From NCBI GenBank assembly GCA_045586685.1, contig JAZNAU010000038.1, forward strand, positions 15,904 to 79,903: 64,000 nucleotides of DNA, in the 5' to 3' direction. The DNA comes from Clostridia bacterium. Its GTDB lineage: Bacteria > Bacillota > Clostridia > HGM11514. Every line of letters starts with the position of its first letter. Position 1 is the first letter of the stretch. The notes beneath the pieces are model-generated. The model searched no databases, was not told where the DNA came from, and saw nothing but the letters and a program-made list of their open reading frames with translations. The position numbers were made by a program, and so were the translations under genes. Below, one piece after another: positions 27,652 through 37,394 of this stretch.

Positions 27652-28566
27652 TTATTCGCATTTTATTTGGTGAAATAATATATCAATTTCTTCTTTCAAG
27701 GGAGGATTGGTTCCTGGTGTCATACAAGCTGCGGTACCAAATGCGGCAGAAAGCCGAAGTGTGTCACAAAATGGCAAGTCATTTATCTGACCCGTCAAAA
27801 AACCCGCTACCGTACTATCCCCCGCTCCCACCGTAGAAACAACGGAGATTTTGGGAACAGAGATCCGATAATGTCCGTTTACGCCAATATAAACCATCCC
27901 TTTCCCACCAAAGGAAATTAAAACATGGTCAATTCCGCTTTTGTAAAACGTTTTGGCAACCTCTAAACTCTGTTCCGGTTCCAGTTCCCTTCCTGCAAGA
28001 AAAGAAATCTCTTGTTGATTTGGCTTTATCATCATAGGTTGTAACTCAATCAATTCTTCCATAGAAAAGGAATTGGAATCAATCACAAGTTTTGCACCGC
28101 TTTGCTTTACTTTATGTAAAAATGAAATGACCGCCTCCTTGGAAAGCCCTGAGGGAATTCTTCCGGTAAAGGTCACTATGCTTTCTTCATCCAGGGGCAT
28201 CAGATCTATTATTTCATGTAAAATACCGTCATCCAACTGAAATCCATCAAAGCTAATTCTGGTTTCAGGGGTATGAGTACTATGCACCGTCAGATTTTCT
28301 CGGATTCTCCCCCTTGCCGTTACTGCCAGATAGGAAATACCGTCCGCATCCAAGCCCTTTTTAAATTCTTCTCCGTTTTCCGTTCCCAAAACGGTAATAG
28401 CTGTATTTTCAATTCCGTATGAATGTAACGCACGGGACAAATTGATTCCCTTTCCTCCCGACTGACGGGTCAGGTTTGTTCCGTAATTTTCTTTATATAA
28501 TTGCAGATTTTCAATAACACAATGGACATCAAATGCCGGATTAAGTGTCAGCGTAATAATCTTCAT
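27652..28566 (-). CDS. PfkB-family hexose-phosphate kinase (1-phosphofructokinase/tagatose-6-P kinase type)
   Basis: MKIITLTLNPAFD, GGKGINLSRAL and GAGDSTVAGF motifs. AAGGAGG RBS. The track ORF N-terminal extension is a translated tRNA gene. Confidence 0.85.
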   Translation of the reverse strand: MKIITLTLNPAFDVHCVIENLQLYKENYGTNLTRQSGGKGINLSRALHSYGIENTAITVLGTENGEEFKKGLDADGISYLAVTARGRIRENLTVHSTHTPETRISFDGFQLDDGILHEIIDLMPLDEESIVTFTGRIPSGLSKEAVISFLHKVKQSGAKLVIDSNSFSMEELIELQPMMIKPNQQEISFLAGRELEPEQSLEVAKTFYKSGIDHVLISFGGKGMVYIGVNGHYRISVPKISVVSTVGAGDSTVAGFLTGQINDLPFCDTLRLSAAFGTAACMTPGTNPPLKEEIDILFHQIKCE

Positions 28567-28620
28567 CAGCAAGACCTCCTTCTTCACTAAGGGGTTATAA
28601 AAAATCAAACAAATAATAAG

Positions 28621-28652
28621 TAAAAATCCGCACACTCCTGTGTACGGATTTT
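28621..28652 (-). terminator. Terminator after tRNA-Gln
   Basis: ATCCGTACA / TGTGCGGAT stem (one G-U pair) followed by a T-run on the minus strand. Confidence 0.75.
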
Positions 28653-28726
28653 TGGCTGCGAGAGAAGGATTCGAACCCTCACAAAGTGAGTCAGAGTCAC
28701 TCGTGCTACCCTTACACAATCTCGCA
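28653..28726 (-). tRNA. tRNA-Gln (anticodon CTG), CCA encoded
   Basis: Acceptor TGCGAGA/TCTCGCA with U1-A72 and discriminator G73, typical of bacterial tRNA-Gln. Anticodon loop CTCTGAC, T-loop TTCGAAT. Confidence 0.85.
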
Positions 28727-28738
28727 ACGACAAATAAT

Positions 28739-28767
28739 ATTATACGATATAAATTCAATTTTGTCAA
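28739..28767 (-). promoter_or_regulatory. Promoter of tRNA-Gln
   Basis: Exact TTGACA-17 nt-TATAAT on the minus strand. Confidence 0.8.
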
Positions 28768-28821
28768 GCACTTTTTTTATTTTTTTCAATTTTTTTGGTT
28801 TCATTCAAAAACATGGAAAAT

Positions 28822-29757
28822 TTAATTTTGCCAATAAATTTGCTGTTCTCGCATGATTGGATAACGAACCAAACTATCTCCTTCCAGATTTTCCTTTTTT
28901 ATATCAACACCGGAGATTCTGCTGTTTTCATAAGTGGTATAATAATAAATTCCTTCCTCTGTATTACAACAAGAAGAATACACCGTTCGTTCAAGGGTTC
29001 CGTTTTTTAGTCTGACACACCCTTTTTGTTGCTCTACCGATTTTAAAATATGGAAAAACTGACTGACTTCTTCACAAGGCTCGCAAAGGGAATGCTCCTT
29101 GACAAACACCCCTTTTACAAAACGTGAAAAGGAGGACAAATCACCGGGCAACCCATATGCCCCCAAACCTCTGCTGTACGGTTGTTCTTCCTGTTCATTG
29201 GGGGTCAAATTGTTAAAATTTTGCAGTAACAGAAGTTGGGTGTTAAAAGGGGGATTGTTGGTCAGTACCCCTACGGGATTTTTCCATATTTTTAAACCTT
29301 CTGTTAAGGGTTCTACCGTAACAGATTCCTGTTTGTCGCTTAACAGCCAATGAAGAGGCGTAACAGGCAATTCTTTGTTAAATGAAATATTTGAAAGTTG
29401 AATAGAAGAAAGCAGTTCAACCGCTTGTGCCGTACTCTTACACTGGCTGAGAATAAAGGGAATCAGCTCATAGGGAGCTATCCCAAAATTTTGTGGAAAA
29501 TAATAAGCATTTCCCGGGAAATGAAGTCCTGCCATACTAAGTCCATGCTCGTTGGTTGCATCATAATACAAAGGATATTCGTCCACCACATATGCCATTC
29601 CAATCATAGCATAATGGTTTTTGATTATTTGTGCGTTTCCAAAAGAGAAAGGAAACCGACGCGGTGTTACCGTTACCTCTTCCTCGTAAGAATATTCCAA
29701 GTCCAGATTTCTGCCAAAATAATGACCTTGTTTTAAAAATGAAATTGCCGTACACAT
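28822..29757 (-). CDS. Choloylglycine hydrolase family Ntn-hydrolase (bile salt hydrolase / penicillin V acylase-like)
   Basis: MCTAISF... with the nucleophile Cys2, FGRNLDLEY, NEHGLSMAGLHFPG. Confidence 0.85.
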   Translation of the reverse strand: MCTAISFLKQGHYFGRNLDLEYSYEEEVTVTPRRFPFSFGNAQIIKNHYAMIGMAYVVDEYPLYYDATNEHGLSMAGLHFPGNAYYFPQNFGIAPYELIPFILSQCKSTAQAVELLSSIQLSNISFNKELPVTPLHWLLSDKQESVTVEPLTEGLKIWKNPVGVLTNNPPFNTQLLLLQNFNNLTPNEQEEQPYSRGLGAYGLPGDLSSFSRFVKGVFVKEHSLCEPCEEVSQFFHILKSVEQQKGCVRLKNGTLERTVYSSCCNTEEGIYYYTTYENSRISGVDIKKENLEGDSLVRYPIMREQQIYWQN

Positions 29758-29831
29758 ACAAACACCCCCGTCAAATTTCTCTTACAAAAGTGTTTCCCAA
29801 AATCTAAAATATATTCAGTTTCTTCCTATAT

Positions 29832-29899
29832 AAAAAGATTCCTCATTTCATTCAGAATAACCAAATCTGCTCTATCTGAACGGAGTGAAGAATCTTTTT
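29832..29899 (-). terminator. Long imperfect hairpin / terminator 3' of spoVAE
   Basis: Outer stem AAAAGATTC/GAATCTTTT and inner stem TTCAGA/TCTGAA with partly paired middles. It is followed by TTTTTATAT on the minus strand. Confidence 0.55.
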
Positions 29900-29900
29900 G

Positions 29901-30257
29901 TTAATGTTTTGGCTTTGGTTTAAACAAAACCGCCACCAGCCAACCAAAAATTATAGCAGCGGCAATCCCTCCGGCTGTAGCGGTCAATCCGCCGGAAAAA
30001 ACACCAATCAATCCCTTTTCGCCAATGGTTTTTACTGTTCCTTTTGCCAAGGTATATCCAAATCCAGAAATAGGCACTGTTGCCCCTGCTCCCGCGAACT
30101 GAACCAAGGGTTCGTATAACCCTACCATGGTAAGGAAAACACCCGCAACCACAAATCCTGTTAAAATTCTTGCAGGGGTCAGTTTGGTATAATCAATCAA
30201 AAGTTGCCCGACAACGCAAATAAGACCGCCAACCACGAAGGCTTTCAGATACTCCAT
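29901..30257 (-). CDS. spoVAE: Stage V sporulation protein AE (SpoVAEb-type membrane protein)
   Basis: VVGGLICVVGQLLIDYTKLTPA and YEPLVQFAGAGATVPISGFG signatures. The ATG at 30257 lies 6 nt after GAGGTG. Confidence 0.85.
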   Translation of the reverse strand: MEYLKAFVVGGLICVVGQLLIDYTKLTPARILTGFVVAGVFLTMVGLYEPLVQFAGAGATVPISGFGYTLAKGTVKTIGEKGLIGVFSGGLTATAGGIAAAIIFGWLVAVLFKPKPKH

Positions 30258-30304
30258 TTGTTTCACCTCAATGTAAGTATCTCCCTATTCTTCCTGTTAT
30301 ATAC

Positions 30305-31822
30305 CTATCTGGGAATTAGAATTTTCTGTCCTGTCACAAGATTTCCTTCTCCCAGCTTATTGGCTTTGATAATGCTGTCACGGGTGACGCTGTACCGTTT
30401 TGCAATATTCCACAAAGTATCACCTTTTTGAACAAAGCATATAACAAGGGACGGTCTTGTTTCGTTACATTCTGTATTATCAGACTCCTCTGCCTTGGTA
30501 ACACAAGGAATCTGACCCATTTTCACAGCAGTTCCTTCTATATAAATAACCCCTCTGATTTCTACCTCGTCAGCAGACAGCAAATGATAAGAAAAATGAC
30601 CGGTGCTTACTGTCATATCACCACGATTCATTTCACCTTCCAGCTCTTGTGAAAAAGGCAGTTCCTTGGTAAGACTGCAATATTCTCCTTCCGAACTTTG
30701 ATAAAGAATGGTAACACAGCATTTTCCTTCTACCCTTGTTTTTTCACCATGACAGGAAACTGCTTCTATCCATACGGAAGGTTCCATAAAATATATTCTG
30801 GAAATGGGCGGTTGCTCTTTGCAGAATAAATTTTCCCGAATTGCAATTTCTTTTGATGCAACGGGATGCAATTCGGAATAACATATGGTATCACAGGTAC
30901 ATTCCAAAGGAATTTCTGTGCAGAATAAGTCCTCCACAAGTTCTGTCTTTTCTGTAAGCATAGCACGAATCTGCACAAAAATTTTAGCATCTGCAAACAA
31001 CAGCCTCGTGTCCCCGTCGCTATCTTCGTCGGCTCTGATTTGAATCCCTGATAAATAAAGAGTCGAATGATCTTCCATTTCCTCTGTAACCCCTATGGCA
31101 TCCACCACTTCTGTAAAGGGAATCACGTGCTCTGCATATTCTGTTGTTTCTTCCATACTATAATAGAAGAAACTCAGTACAATTTCCCCTTTTATCATTG
31201 CTTTGTTGGTCATCAACCTTACTTCTGGCTCCCTGATTTTCCCCTCGCAAAATAAAATTCTGTGAATATCAGGAAGAGAACCATTTAATTCCGTTTGCTC
31301 TCTGACTGCCAAAACCTGATCCAAGCAAACATGCTCAGTAATATAAGTGGCAGGTTGGTACTTCATTTCTGTTTCGCAATCCGCCTCACACCCTGTCAGA
31401 ACCCGATAAGTACAATCCTCTGAAAATTGTTTTTTGATACATACTGTCACCTTGAGATTCAGTTTCCTTGAATGATACAAATAATAGGAAACTTCTCCTA
31501 CCTCAGCCTGTGCATCAACAAGCAATTGTTCCCCATCCACCCGCACAGTATGCTGAAACGGGAGAGAGGTATGAATTGCCTCCATCCCTGTCCCTTCTGC
31601 GGGCTGATAAAGAATATGGGCATATACCGTTCCACTTAATGTAATACGGTCACCGCCCGACTCTTTCGACTCAATGGCACAGGAGGTTTTAATCAAAAGC
31701 ACCTTTCCTATATCCCCCTGTACATCCGGAACAATCACATCCTCCTCTGCTGTTTCCGCTGCAACCTCCCGAGCACGGATTTGATTCAGCGTAATATCCT
31801 GATACTTTGCTTCAAACGCCAT
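30305..31822 (-). CDS. SipL-like sporulation protein: DUF3794/SPOCS repeats with a C-terminal LysM domain
   Basis: C-terminal LysM (VQKGDTLWNIAKRYSVTRDSIIKANKLGEGNLVTGQKILIP). The N-terminal ~430 aa shows a repeated beta-rich pattern like DUF3794 proteins. Confidence 0.6.
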   Translation of the reverse strand: MAFEAKYQDITLNQIRAREVAAETAEEDVIVPDVQGDIGKVLLIKTSCAIESKESGGDRITLSGTVYAHILYQPAEGTGMEAIHTSLPFQHTVRVDGEQLLVDAQAEVGEVSYYLYHSRKLNLKVTVCIKKQFSEDCTYRVLTGCEADCETEMKYQPATYITEHVCLDQVLAVREQTELNGSLPDIHRILFCEGKIREPEVRLMTNKAMIKGEIVLSFFYYSMEETTEYAEHVIPFTEVVDAIGVTEEMEDHSTLYLSGIQIRADEDSDGDTRLLFADAKIFVQIRAMLTEKTELVEDLFCTEIPLECTCDTICYSELHPVASKEIAIRENLFCKEQPPISRIYFMEPSVWIEAVSCHGEKTRVEGKCCVTILYQSSEGEYCSLTKELPFSQELEGEMNRGDMTVSTGHFSYHLLSADEVEIRGVIYIEGTAVKMGQIPCVTKAEESDNTECNETRPSLVICFVQKGDTLWNIAKRYSVTRDSIIKANKLGEGNLVTGQKILIPR

Positions 31823-31900
31823 TGCGTTCCCTCCTTCACCAATTCTGTAACCATTCTATGCCCGTCCTTTTAAAAATATGAACAAAAAAATGGAAAGTTC

Positions 31901-31930
31901 TTGCCACTTACCGCCTTTCTGTGTTATAAT
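31901..31930 (+). promoter_or_regulatory. Promoter of lepA-hemW
   Basis: TTGCCA-18 nt-TATAAT with a TGT extended -10. Confidence 0.6.
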
Positions 31931-31956
31931 AGATGTAACAGAAAAAATTACAAACG

Positions 31957-31983
31957 TTTTTCTACTATATATAATAGTAGAAA
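31957..31983 (+). repeat. Perfect 11-bp inverted repeat in the lepA leader
   Basis: TTTTCTACTAT-ATATA-ATAGTAGAAAA. Confidence 0.8.
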
Positions 31984-32003
31984 CTCGAACTGGAGAGCAA
32001 ACT

Positions 32004-33803
32004 ATGAATCAAAAAAACATTAGAAATTTTTGTATTATCGCCCATATTGACCACGGAAAATCCACTTTGGCAGACCGGCTTTTGGAAATTACGGGTGATG
32101 TCAGCCAAAGAGAAATGGAACAACAGCTCCTTGACAATATGGATTTGGAACGGGAAAGAGGAATTACCATTAAAGCCCGTGCCGTCCGTTTGGTTCACAA
32201 AGCAAAGGACGGAGAAGAATATATTCTGAATCTGATTGACACACCAGGACATGTTGACTTTAATTATGAAGTTTCCCGTTCTCTTGCAGCCTGTGAAGGT
32301 GCCATTTTGGTGGTAGATGCAGTGCAGAGTATTCAGGCACAAACCCTTGCCAACACCTACCTTGCCGTGGATCATGGATTGGAATTGTTGCCTGTTATCA
32401 ACAAGATTGATTTGCCCAGTGCACGGCCCGATTATGTAAAAGAAGAAATAGAAAATATTATCGGAATTGAGGCAACAGATGCTCCGTTAATTTCTGCCAA
32501 AAACGGAATTGGAATTGAGGAAGTTTTAGAGCAAATTATACAAAAAATTCCCGCACCCGAAGGTGACAAAACCAAACCCCTTCAGGCATTGATTTTTGAT
32601 TCCTATTATGATGCTTACAAAGGGGTCATTGTCTATGTCAGAGTGGTCGAGGGAACCTTAAAATCCGGTGATATGATTCGGATGATGGCAACGGATAAAA
32701 CCTTTGAAGTAGTAGAGGTAGGTTACTTAAAAGCAAACGGCACCGTGCTTTCCGACAAGCTCTCTGCCGGCGAGGTTGGATATATTGCCGCCTCTATCAA
32801 AACTATGTCAGACACCCGCGTAGGTGACACGATTACCACTGCAAAAAACGGAGCAGTGGCGCCTTTGCCCGGTTATCAACAGGTAAACCCCATAGTTTTC
32901 TGCGGAATCTATCCTGCTGACGGTGCCAGATATGACGATTTAAGAGAAGCCCTATTAAAATTGCAGTTAAATGATGCCTCTCTGGTATTCGAACCGGAAA
33001 CCTCCCTTGCTCTTGGATTTGGTTTCCGATGCGGATTTTTAGGACTTTTACACATGGAAATTATTCAGGAACGGCTGGAACGGGAATACAATTTGGATCT
33101 GGTTACCACCGCGCCCAGCGTTATCTATAACGTATATAAAACCAATGGTGAAATGGTGGAAATTTCCAATCCTGCAAACCTTCCTCCCATAGCTGAAATC
33201 GACCATATTGATGAACCTATGGCAAAGGCAGTGATTATGACTCCTACCGACTATGTGGGCAACATTATGGAGCTTTGTCAGGAACGTCGGGGTATTTTTA
33301 AGGATATGCAATATATTGATACCGACCGTGCAAGTCTTCACTATATTTTGCCTTTAAACGAAATTATCTATGATTTTTTTGATACTTTGAAATCATTGTC
33401 ACGGGGATATGCTTCTTTCGACTACGAACTGTCCGATTATCAACCCTCTAAATTGGTAAAACTGGACATTTTGTTAAACGGAGATATGGTAGATGCCATG
33501 TCCTTCATCGTTCATGAGGGAAAAGCTTATGCACGGGGACGTAGAATTGCAGAAAAATTAAAAGAAGTCATTCCCAGACAGCTGTTTGAAATTCCCATTC
33601 AAGCAGCAATTGGCAGTAAAATCATTGCCCGCGAAACGGTAAAAGCAATGAGAAAAGATGTACTTGCCAAGTGCTACGGCGGTGACATTACCAGAAAGAA
33701 AAAATTACTGGAAAAACAGAAGGAAGGAAAGAAACGGATGCGTCAGGTGGGCAGTGTAACGGTTCCTCAGGAAGCCTTTATGTCCATTCTGAAACCCGAT
33801 TGA
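32004..33803 (+). CDS. lepA: Translation elongation factor 4
   Basis: [39 protein letters not shown]. The C-terminal LepA domain is present. A GGAGAG RBS precedes 32004. Confidence 0.95.
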   Translation: MNQKNIRNFCIIAHIDHGKSTLADRLLEITGDVSQREMEQQLLDNMDLERERGITIKARAVRLVHKAKDGEEYILNLIDTPGHVDFNYEVSRSLAACEGAILVVDAVQSIQAQTLANTYLAVDHGLELLPVINKIDLPSARPDYVKEEIENIIGIEATDAPLISAKNGIGIEEVLEQIIQKIPAPEGDKTKPLQALIFDSYYDAYKGVIVYVRVVEGTLKSGDMIRMMATDKTFEVVEVGYLKANGTVLSDKLSAGEVGYIAASIKTMSDTRVGDTITTAKNGAVAPLPGYQQVNPIVFCGIYPADGARYDDLREALLKLQLNDASLVFEPETSLALGFGFRCGFLGLLHMEIIQERLEREYNLDLVTTAPSVIYNVYKTNGEMVEISNPANLPPIAEIDHIDEPMAKAVIMTPTDYVGNIMELCQERRGIFKDMQYIDTDRASLHYILPLNEIIYDFFDTLKSLSRGYASFDYELSDYQPSKLVKLDILLNGDMVDAMSFIVHEGKAYARGRRIAEKLKEVIPRQLFEIPIQAAIGSKIIARETVKAMRKDVLAKCYGGDITRKKKLLEKQKEGKKRMRQVGSVTVPQEAFMSILKPD

Positions 33804-33811
33804 TTACAGTT

Positions 33812-34918
33812 ATGAAAGGACTTTATCTTCACATTCCCTTTTGCAAATCAAAATGCCCGTATTGCGACTTTAATTCCTATCAAGGAAAAGAAGAACTGAT
33901 GCAGGAATATGTGTCCGCAATGCTCCATCATATTCGACAAAGTAAAGAACAAATTCCAAATCGATTCGACACAATTTTTATTGGCGGTGGTACCCCCACC
34001 GCCCTTTCTGATTCTTTACTGAAGGAATTACTGTATAATTTACGAACTCTTTTCCCGGATACCGTTTCAGAATTCACCGTTGAAGCAAATCCCAAAACTT
34101 TGACAAAGGAAAAAATGCGGATTCTAAGTGGCTATGGCGTGAACCGCATGAGCTTAGGTTTACAAGCTTGGCAGAATTCATTATTACAAACATTAGGCAG
34201 GACTCATACAAGAGAAGATTTTTTAGAAAGCTTAGAGATGATTTTCGCATCAGGTATCAACAATGTAAATGCCGATGTCATGTATGGCTTACCAAACCAA
34301 ACAATAGACAACTGGCAGGAAACGCTGGAAAGCTTAACCGCTTTGGAGTTGCCTCATATTTCCTGTTACTCCCTTACCATTGCAGAAGGTACACCTTTTT
34401 CTCAAAAACTCCCCGCTCCCTTGCCCGACGAAGAAACGGAACGGGAAATGAATCATTTGTCGAAAAAGATTTTGTCAAAAAAGGATATTTTTCGATACGA
34501 AATATCAAATTACGCCAAGACAGGTTGGGAATGTAAGCACAATCTGATTTACTGGAAGGGTCAGGAGTATGCCGCCTTCGGTGCAGGGGCAAGCGGATAC
34601 TTGCAGGGAATCCGATATACATGGGAGGAAAATCCGGAGGCTTACATCCGTCACGTCAACGAAAATACCATTTTGCCCTATGTACAAGAACAGGTAATGG
34701 ATTTTTTGGGAGAAAGCATTATGCTTCGTTTGAGACTGACAGAGGGTGTCAACTTTTTAGAGATGGAACAGCAATTCGGTCCTCATTGGATAACCCCCTA
34801 CGAAGATGTCCTTCAAAAGCACATCAACAACGGTTTACTCCAAAAAAACCAACACAGTTTTGCTCTTACCGATTACGGCTTCGATCTTGCCAATTATGTC
34901 ATGGCAGACTTTGTGTAA
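33812..34918 (+). CDS. hemW: Radical SAM heme chaperone HemW (oxygen-independent coproporphyrinogen oxidase-like)
   Basis: LYLHIPFCKSKCPYCDF (CxxxCxxC) with a HemN_C-like tail. The start may be ATG 33812 or the overlapping TTG 33800. Confidence 0.88.
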   Translation: MKGLYLHIPFCKSKCPYCDFNSYQGKEELMQEYVSAMLHHIRQSKEQIPNRFDTIFIGGGTPTALSDSLLKELLYNLRTLFPDTVSEFTVEANPKTLTKEKMRILSGYGVNRMSLGLQAWQNSLLQTLGRTHTREDFLESLEMIFASGINNVNADVMYGLPNQTIDNWQETLESLTALELPHISCYSLTIAEGTPFSQKLPAPLPDEETEREMNHLSKKILSKKDIFRYEISNYAKTGWECKHNLIYWKGQEYAAFGAGASGYLQGIRYTWEENPEAYIRHVNENTILPYVQEQVMDFLGESIMLRLRLTEGVNFLEMEQQFGPHWITPYEDVLQKHINNGLLQKNQHSFALTDYGFDLANYVMADFV

Positions 34919-35009
34919 AGCGACGCATTTTAAGACGATTTAAGGCACCTTTTTTTCTTGCCGTATCCTAATATTATTTTTAAAAATCAAGTCTTATTTG
35001 ACCAATTTT

Positions 35010-35037
35010 AGGGGTGTTTTTAAGACACCCCCTTTTT
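35010..35037 (+). terminator. Terminator of lepA-hemW
   Basis: GGGGTGT / ACACCCC stem followed by a T-run. Confidence 0.75.
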
Positions 35038-35216
35038 ACTCCCTAAATTTTACCATTTTTTGTGTTATATTTTCCATTTATTTCAAAATATTGGTATTTT
35101 TTTGCCCCGTTTTTAAAAAAAATTTAAAAAAATTTTTATTTTCTCTATCCCGCATAGTTCCTGTGTTTTTCGTAAAGCACGAGCAACCATTTTGCAACAT
35201 TTTTGTAATAAAGGGG

Positions 35217-35246
35217 TTGACAAAACCCTTTCCTTTGGTTTATAAT
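35217..35246 (+). promoter_or_regulatory. Promoter of the yabE-like gene
   Basis: TTGACA-18 nt-TATAAT with a short leader. Confidence 0.65.
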
Positions 35247-35283
35247 ACGCAGTGTTCGAAAAAAACGACAGGAGGTCAAAGTT

Positions 35284-36318
35284 ATGTTGCAGAACAAAAC
35301 GGCATCCTTTCACAGAGTATTTTTCTGTGTGATTGCCGCCATTGTACTTCTGCTGAGTATGATGATCACAACCGGTTTTACCACGATCAAACACGTCACC
35401 ATTGATGACGGGTCGGGAGAACTCAGAACTGCTGTTACCATGAAAGGAACAGTCAGTGCGATTTTAGCAGAGCAAAACATTAAAATTAAAAAAGGTGATA
35501 TTGTAACACCCGCATTAAATTCTAAAGTGTTGCGGGACCAGCAGATTTCCATTCAAAGAGCAGCACAGGTGGTTATGACCATTGACGGTGCATCCACCAC
35601 ATATTATTCCGTTGCTCGCACAGTAGGAGAATTCTTAGACGAAGCCAATATTGTTGTTGGTGAACATGACGGATTCAACGCTACTATGGCAGATGCCATA
35701 AAGCCCGGAATGAACCTTACCATCGACCGTGTCAATGAGTATCACTACACCGTTGATGAAGCCATTCCCTTTGTTGTAAAAGAAACCAGCACCTATTCTC
35801 TTCCTAAGGGTGAACACAATGTTGTTCAACAAGGTCAGGCAGGGGTTATGCAAAGACAGTATGTTGCCCGTTACGAAAACGGTGTAAAGATTTCAGAAGA
35901 ATTGATCAGCGAATCAATCACCCAACAGCCTGTTGATGAAATAAGAGAAACAGGATTGTTAGATGTGGTTCCCACCTCTGCGGGTAATATCGCAGTTCGT
36001 GCTACCTACTACATGCAGGCAACAGGATACGACATAGGCTATGAAAGCTGTGGAAAGTTCCCTGGGGATCCCCTTTACGGAATTACAGCTACCGGAATTC
36101 GTGCAACTTATGGCGTTGTAGCAGTAGACCCCAGAGTAATTCCTTTAGGCTCCAAGCTGTTTATTCAGACTACCGACGGTTCCTTTACCTACGGCTATGC
36201 CTTAGCGGCAGATACCGGCGGTGCAATCAAAGGAAACAGAATTGATTTGTGCTTTGATTCCAGACAGGATGCGCTGAATTTTGGCAGACGCGATGTTGTT
36301 GTCTATGTTTTAAACTAA
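35284..36318 (+). CDS. YabE/RpfB-like cell-wall protein: TM anchor, 2x DUF348, G5 and C-terminal 3D domain
   Basis: Two DUF348-like repeats, a G5 module (KGEHNVVQQGQAGV...) and a 3D domain (ATGYD..., ADTGGAIKGNRIDL). It has the same position upstream of rsmA as B. subtilis yabE. Confidence 0.82.
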   Translation: MLQNKTASFHRVFFCVIAAIVLLLSMMITTGFTTIKHVTIDDGSGELRTAVTMKGTVSAILAEQNIKIKKGDIVTPALNSKVLRDQQISIQRAAQVVMTIDGASTTYYSVARTVGEFLDEANIVVGEHDGFNATMADAIKPGMNLTIDRVNEYHYTVDEAIPFVVKETSTYSLPKGEHNVVQQGQAGVMQRQYVARYENGVKISEELISESITQQPVDEIRETGLLDVVPTSAGNIAVRATYYMQATGYDIGYESCGKFPGDPLYGITATGIRATYGVVAVDPRVIPLGSKLFIQTTDGSFTYGYALAADTGGAIKGNRIDLCFDSRQDALNFGRRDVVVYVLN

Positions 36319-36330
36319 ACTGAACACATA

Positions 36331-36362
36331 ATGAACGGGTCCTTTAGATCCGTTCATTTTTC
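36331..36362 (+). terminator. Hairpin after the yabE-like gene
   Basis: ATGAACGG / CCGTTCAT stem followed by TTTTT. Confidence 0.6.
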
Positions 36363-36384
36363 CGTTCAAAAAAGGAGAATGGAC

Positions 36385-37254
36385 ATGAATCCCTTAGCAA
36401 ACCCAAAAATTATTAAACATATCATGCAAAAAAACGGTTTGCAGTTTAACAAACGCTACGGTCAGAACTTTCTGACAGATGAAGGTGTATTGCATACCAT
36501 TGCAGACGGTGCCCGTATTTCAAACAAAAACGTTCTGGAAATCGGACCTGGTTTAGGAACTCTTACCTGGGAACTTGCCTCTCGGGCAAACAAGGTGGTT
36601 TCGGTTGAAATTGACAAAGGATTGACTGAAGTTCTGGAAGATACCTTACAGGAATTTGATAATGTCACGGTGCTCCATCAGGATATTTTAAAAACCGATT
36701 TAAAGAAATTGGTAGAACAGGAATTCGGAGGAACACCCCCTACCCTTGCTGCCAATCTGCCTTATTACATCACCACCCCCATTATCATGTATCTGTTGGA
36801 ATCAGGCATTTCCTTTCCCAACATAGTCATCATGATTCAGAAGGAGGTGGCAGAGCGTATTGCCGCCAAACCAGGCGGTAAGGATTACGGCGTACTGACC
36901 ATTGGGGTGAACTTTTACGCAGAACCCGAAATTCTTTGTCACGTTCCGGCAGAATCCTTTGTTCCAGCACCCAATGTTGATTCCGTGGTTCTCTCCTTAA
37001 CCCCCAGACCCCACCCTACCTGTAAGCCTCAAAATGAGCAAGCATTTTTCACCGTAGTGAAAGGGGCATTTGCTCAGCGTAGAAAAACACTGTTAAACTC
37101 CTTATGCGGTGCAGGTTGTTTCAAAGGCTCAAAGCAAGATATTGCCGCATCTGTTTTAGAAGCCGGAATCGATGCAGGACTTCGAGGTGAAGCTCTTTCC
37201 ATGGAACAGCTCTGCAATTTAGCGGATGTTTTTTGCAAAAATAAGCTAATTTAA
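36385..37254 (+). CDS. rsmA: 16S rRNA (adenine1518/1519-N6)-dimethyltransferase
   Basis: KRYGQNFL, EIGPGLGTLT and NLPYYITTPI motifs. The ATG at 36385 lies 7 nt after AAGGAG. Confidence 0.93.
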   Translation: MNPLANPKIIKHIMQKNGLQFNKRYGQNFLTDEGVLHTIADGARISNKNVLEIGPGLGTLTWELASRANKVVSVEIDKGLTEVLEDTLQEFDNVTVLHQDILKTDLKKLVEQEFGGTPPTLAANLPYYITTPIIMYLLESGISFPNIVIMIQKEVAERIAAKPGGKDYGVLTIGVNFYAEPEILCHVPAESFVPAPNVDSVVLSLTPRPHPTCKPQNEQAFFTVVKGAFAQRRKTLLNSLCGAGCFKGSKQDIAASVLEAGIDAGLRGEALSMEQLCNLADVFCKNKLI

Positions 37255-37327
37255 AATAAATTCTTACGTATTTTTTGGTTTTTTTGTATAATTTTTCTTA
37301 AAAAATAGAAAAATTTCAAAAAAACCA

Positions 37328-37356
37328 TTTACTTTTTTGAGATTTTGTAGTATAAT
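37328..37356 (+). promoter_or_regulatory. Promoter of the PEP carboxykinase gene
   Basis: TTTACT-17 nt-TATAAT. Confidence 0.6.
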
Positions 37357-37394
37357 AAATACCAAATGGCGCTTTAACGAAAGGAGTTTTTATT

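Noticed and set aside
28567-28767. N-terminal 67-aa extension of the PfkB kinase ORF in the six-frame track.
   Set aside because: The extension is the translated tRNA-Gln gene plus its terminator. The true start, MKIITLT at 28566, has an AAGGAGG RBS.
34919-35283. Looked for a c-di-AMP (ydaO-type) riboswitch upstream of the YabE/3D-domain gene.
   Set aside because: The promoter (35217-35246) leaves only a ~35-nt leader. The long AT-rich spacer upstream lies before the TSS and shows no conserved riboswitch-like helices, only A/T tracts.
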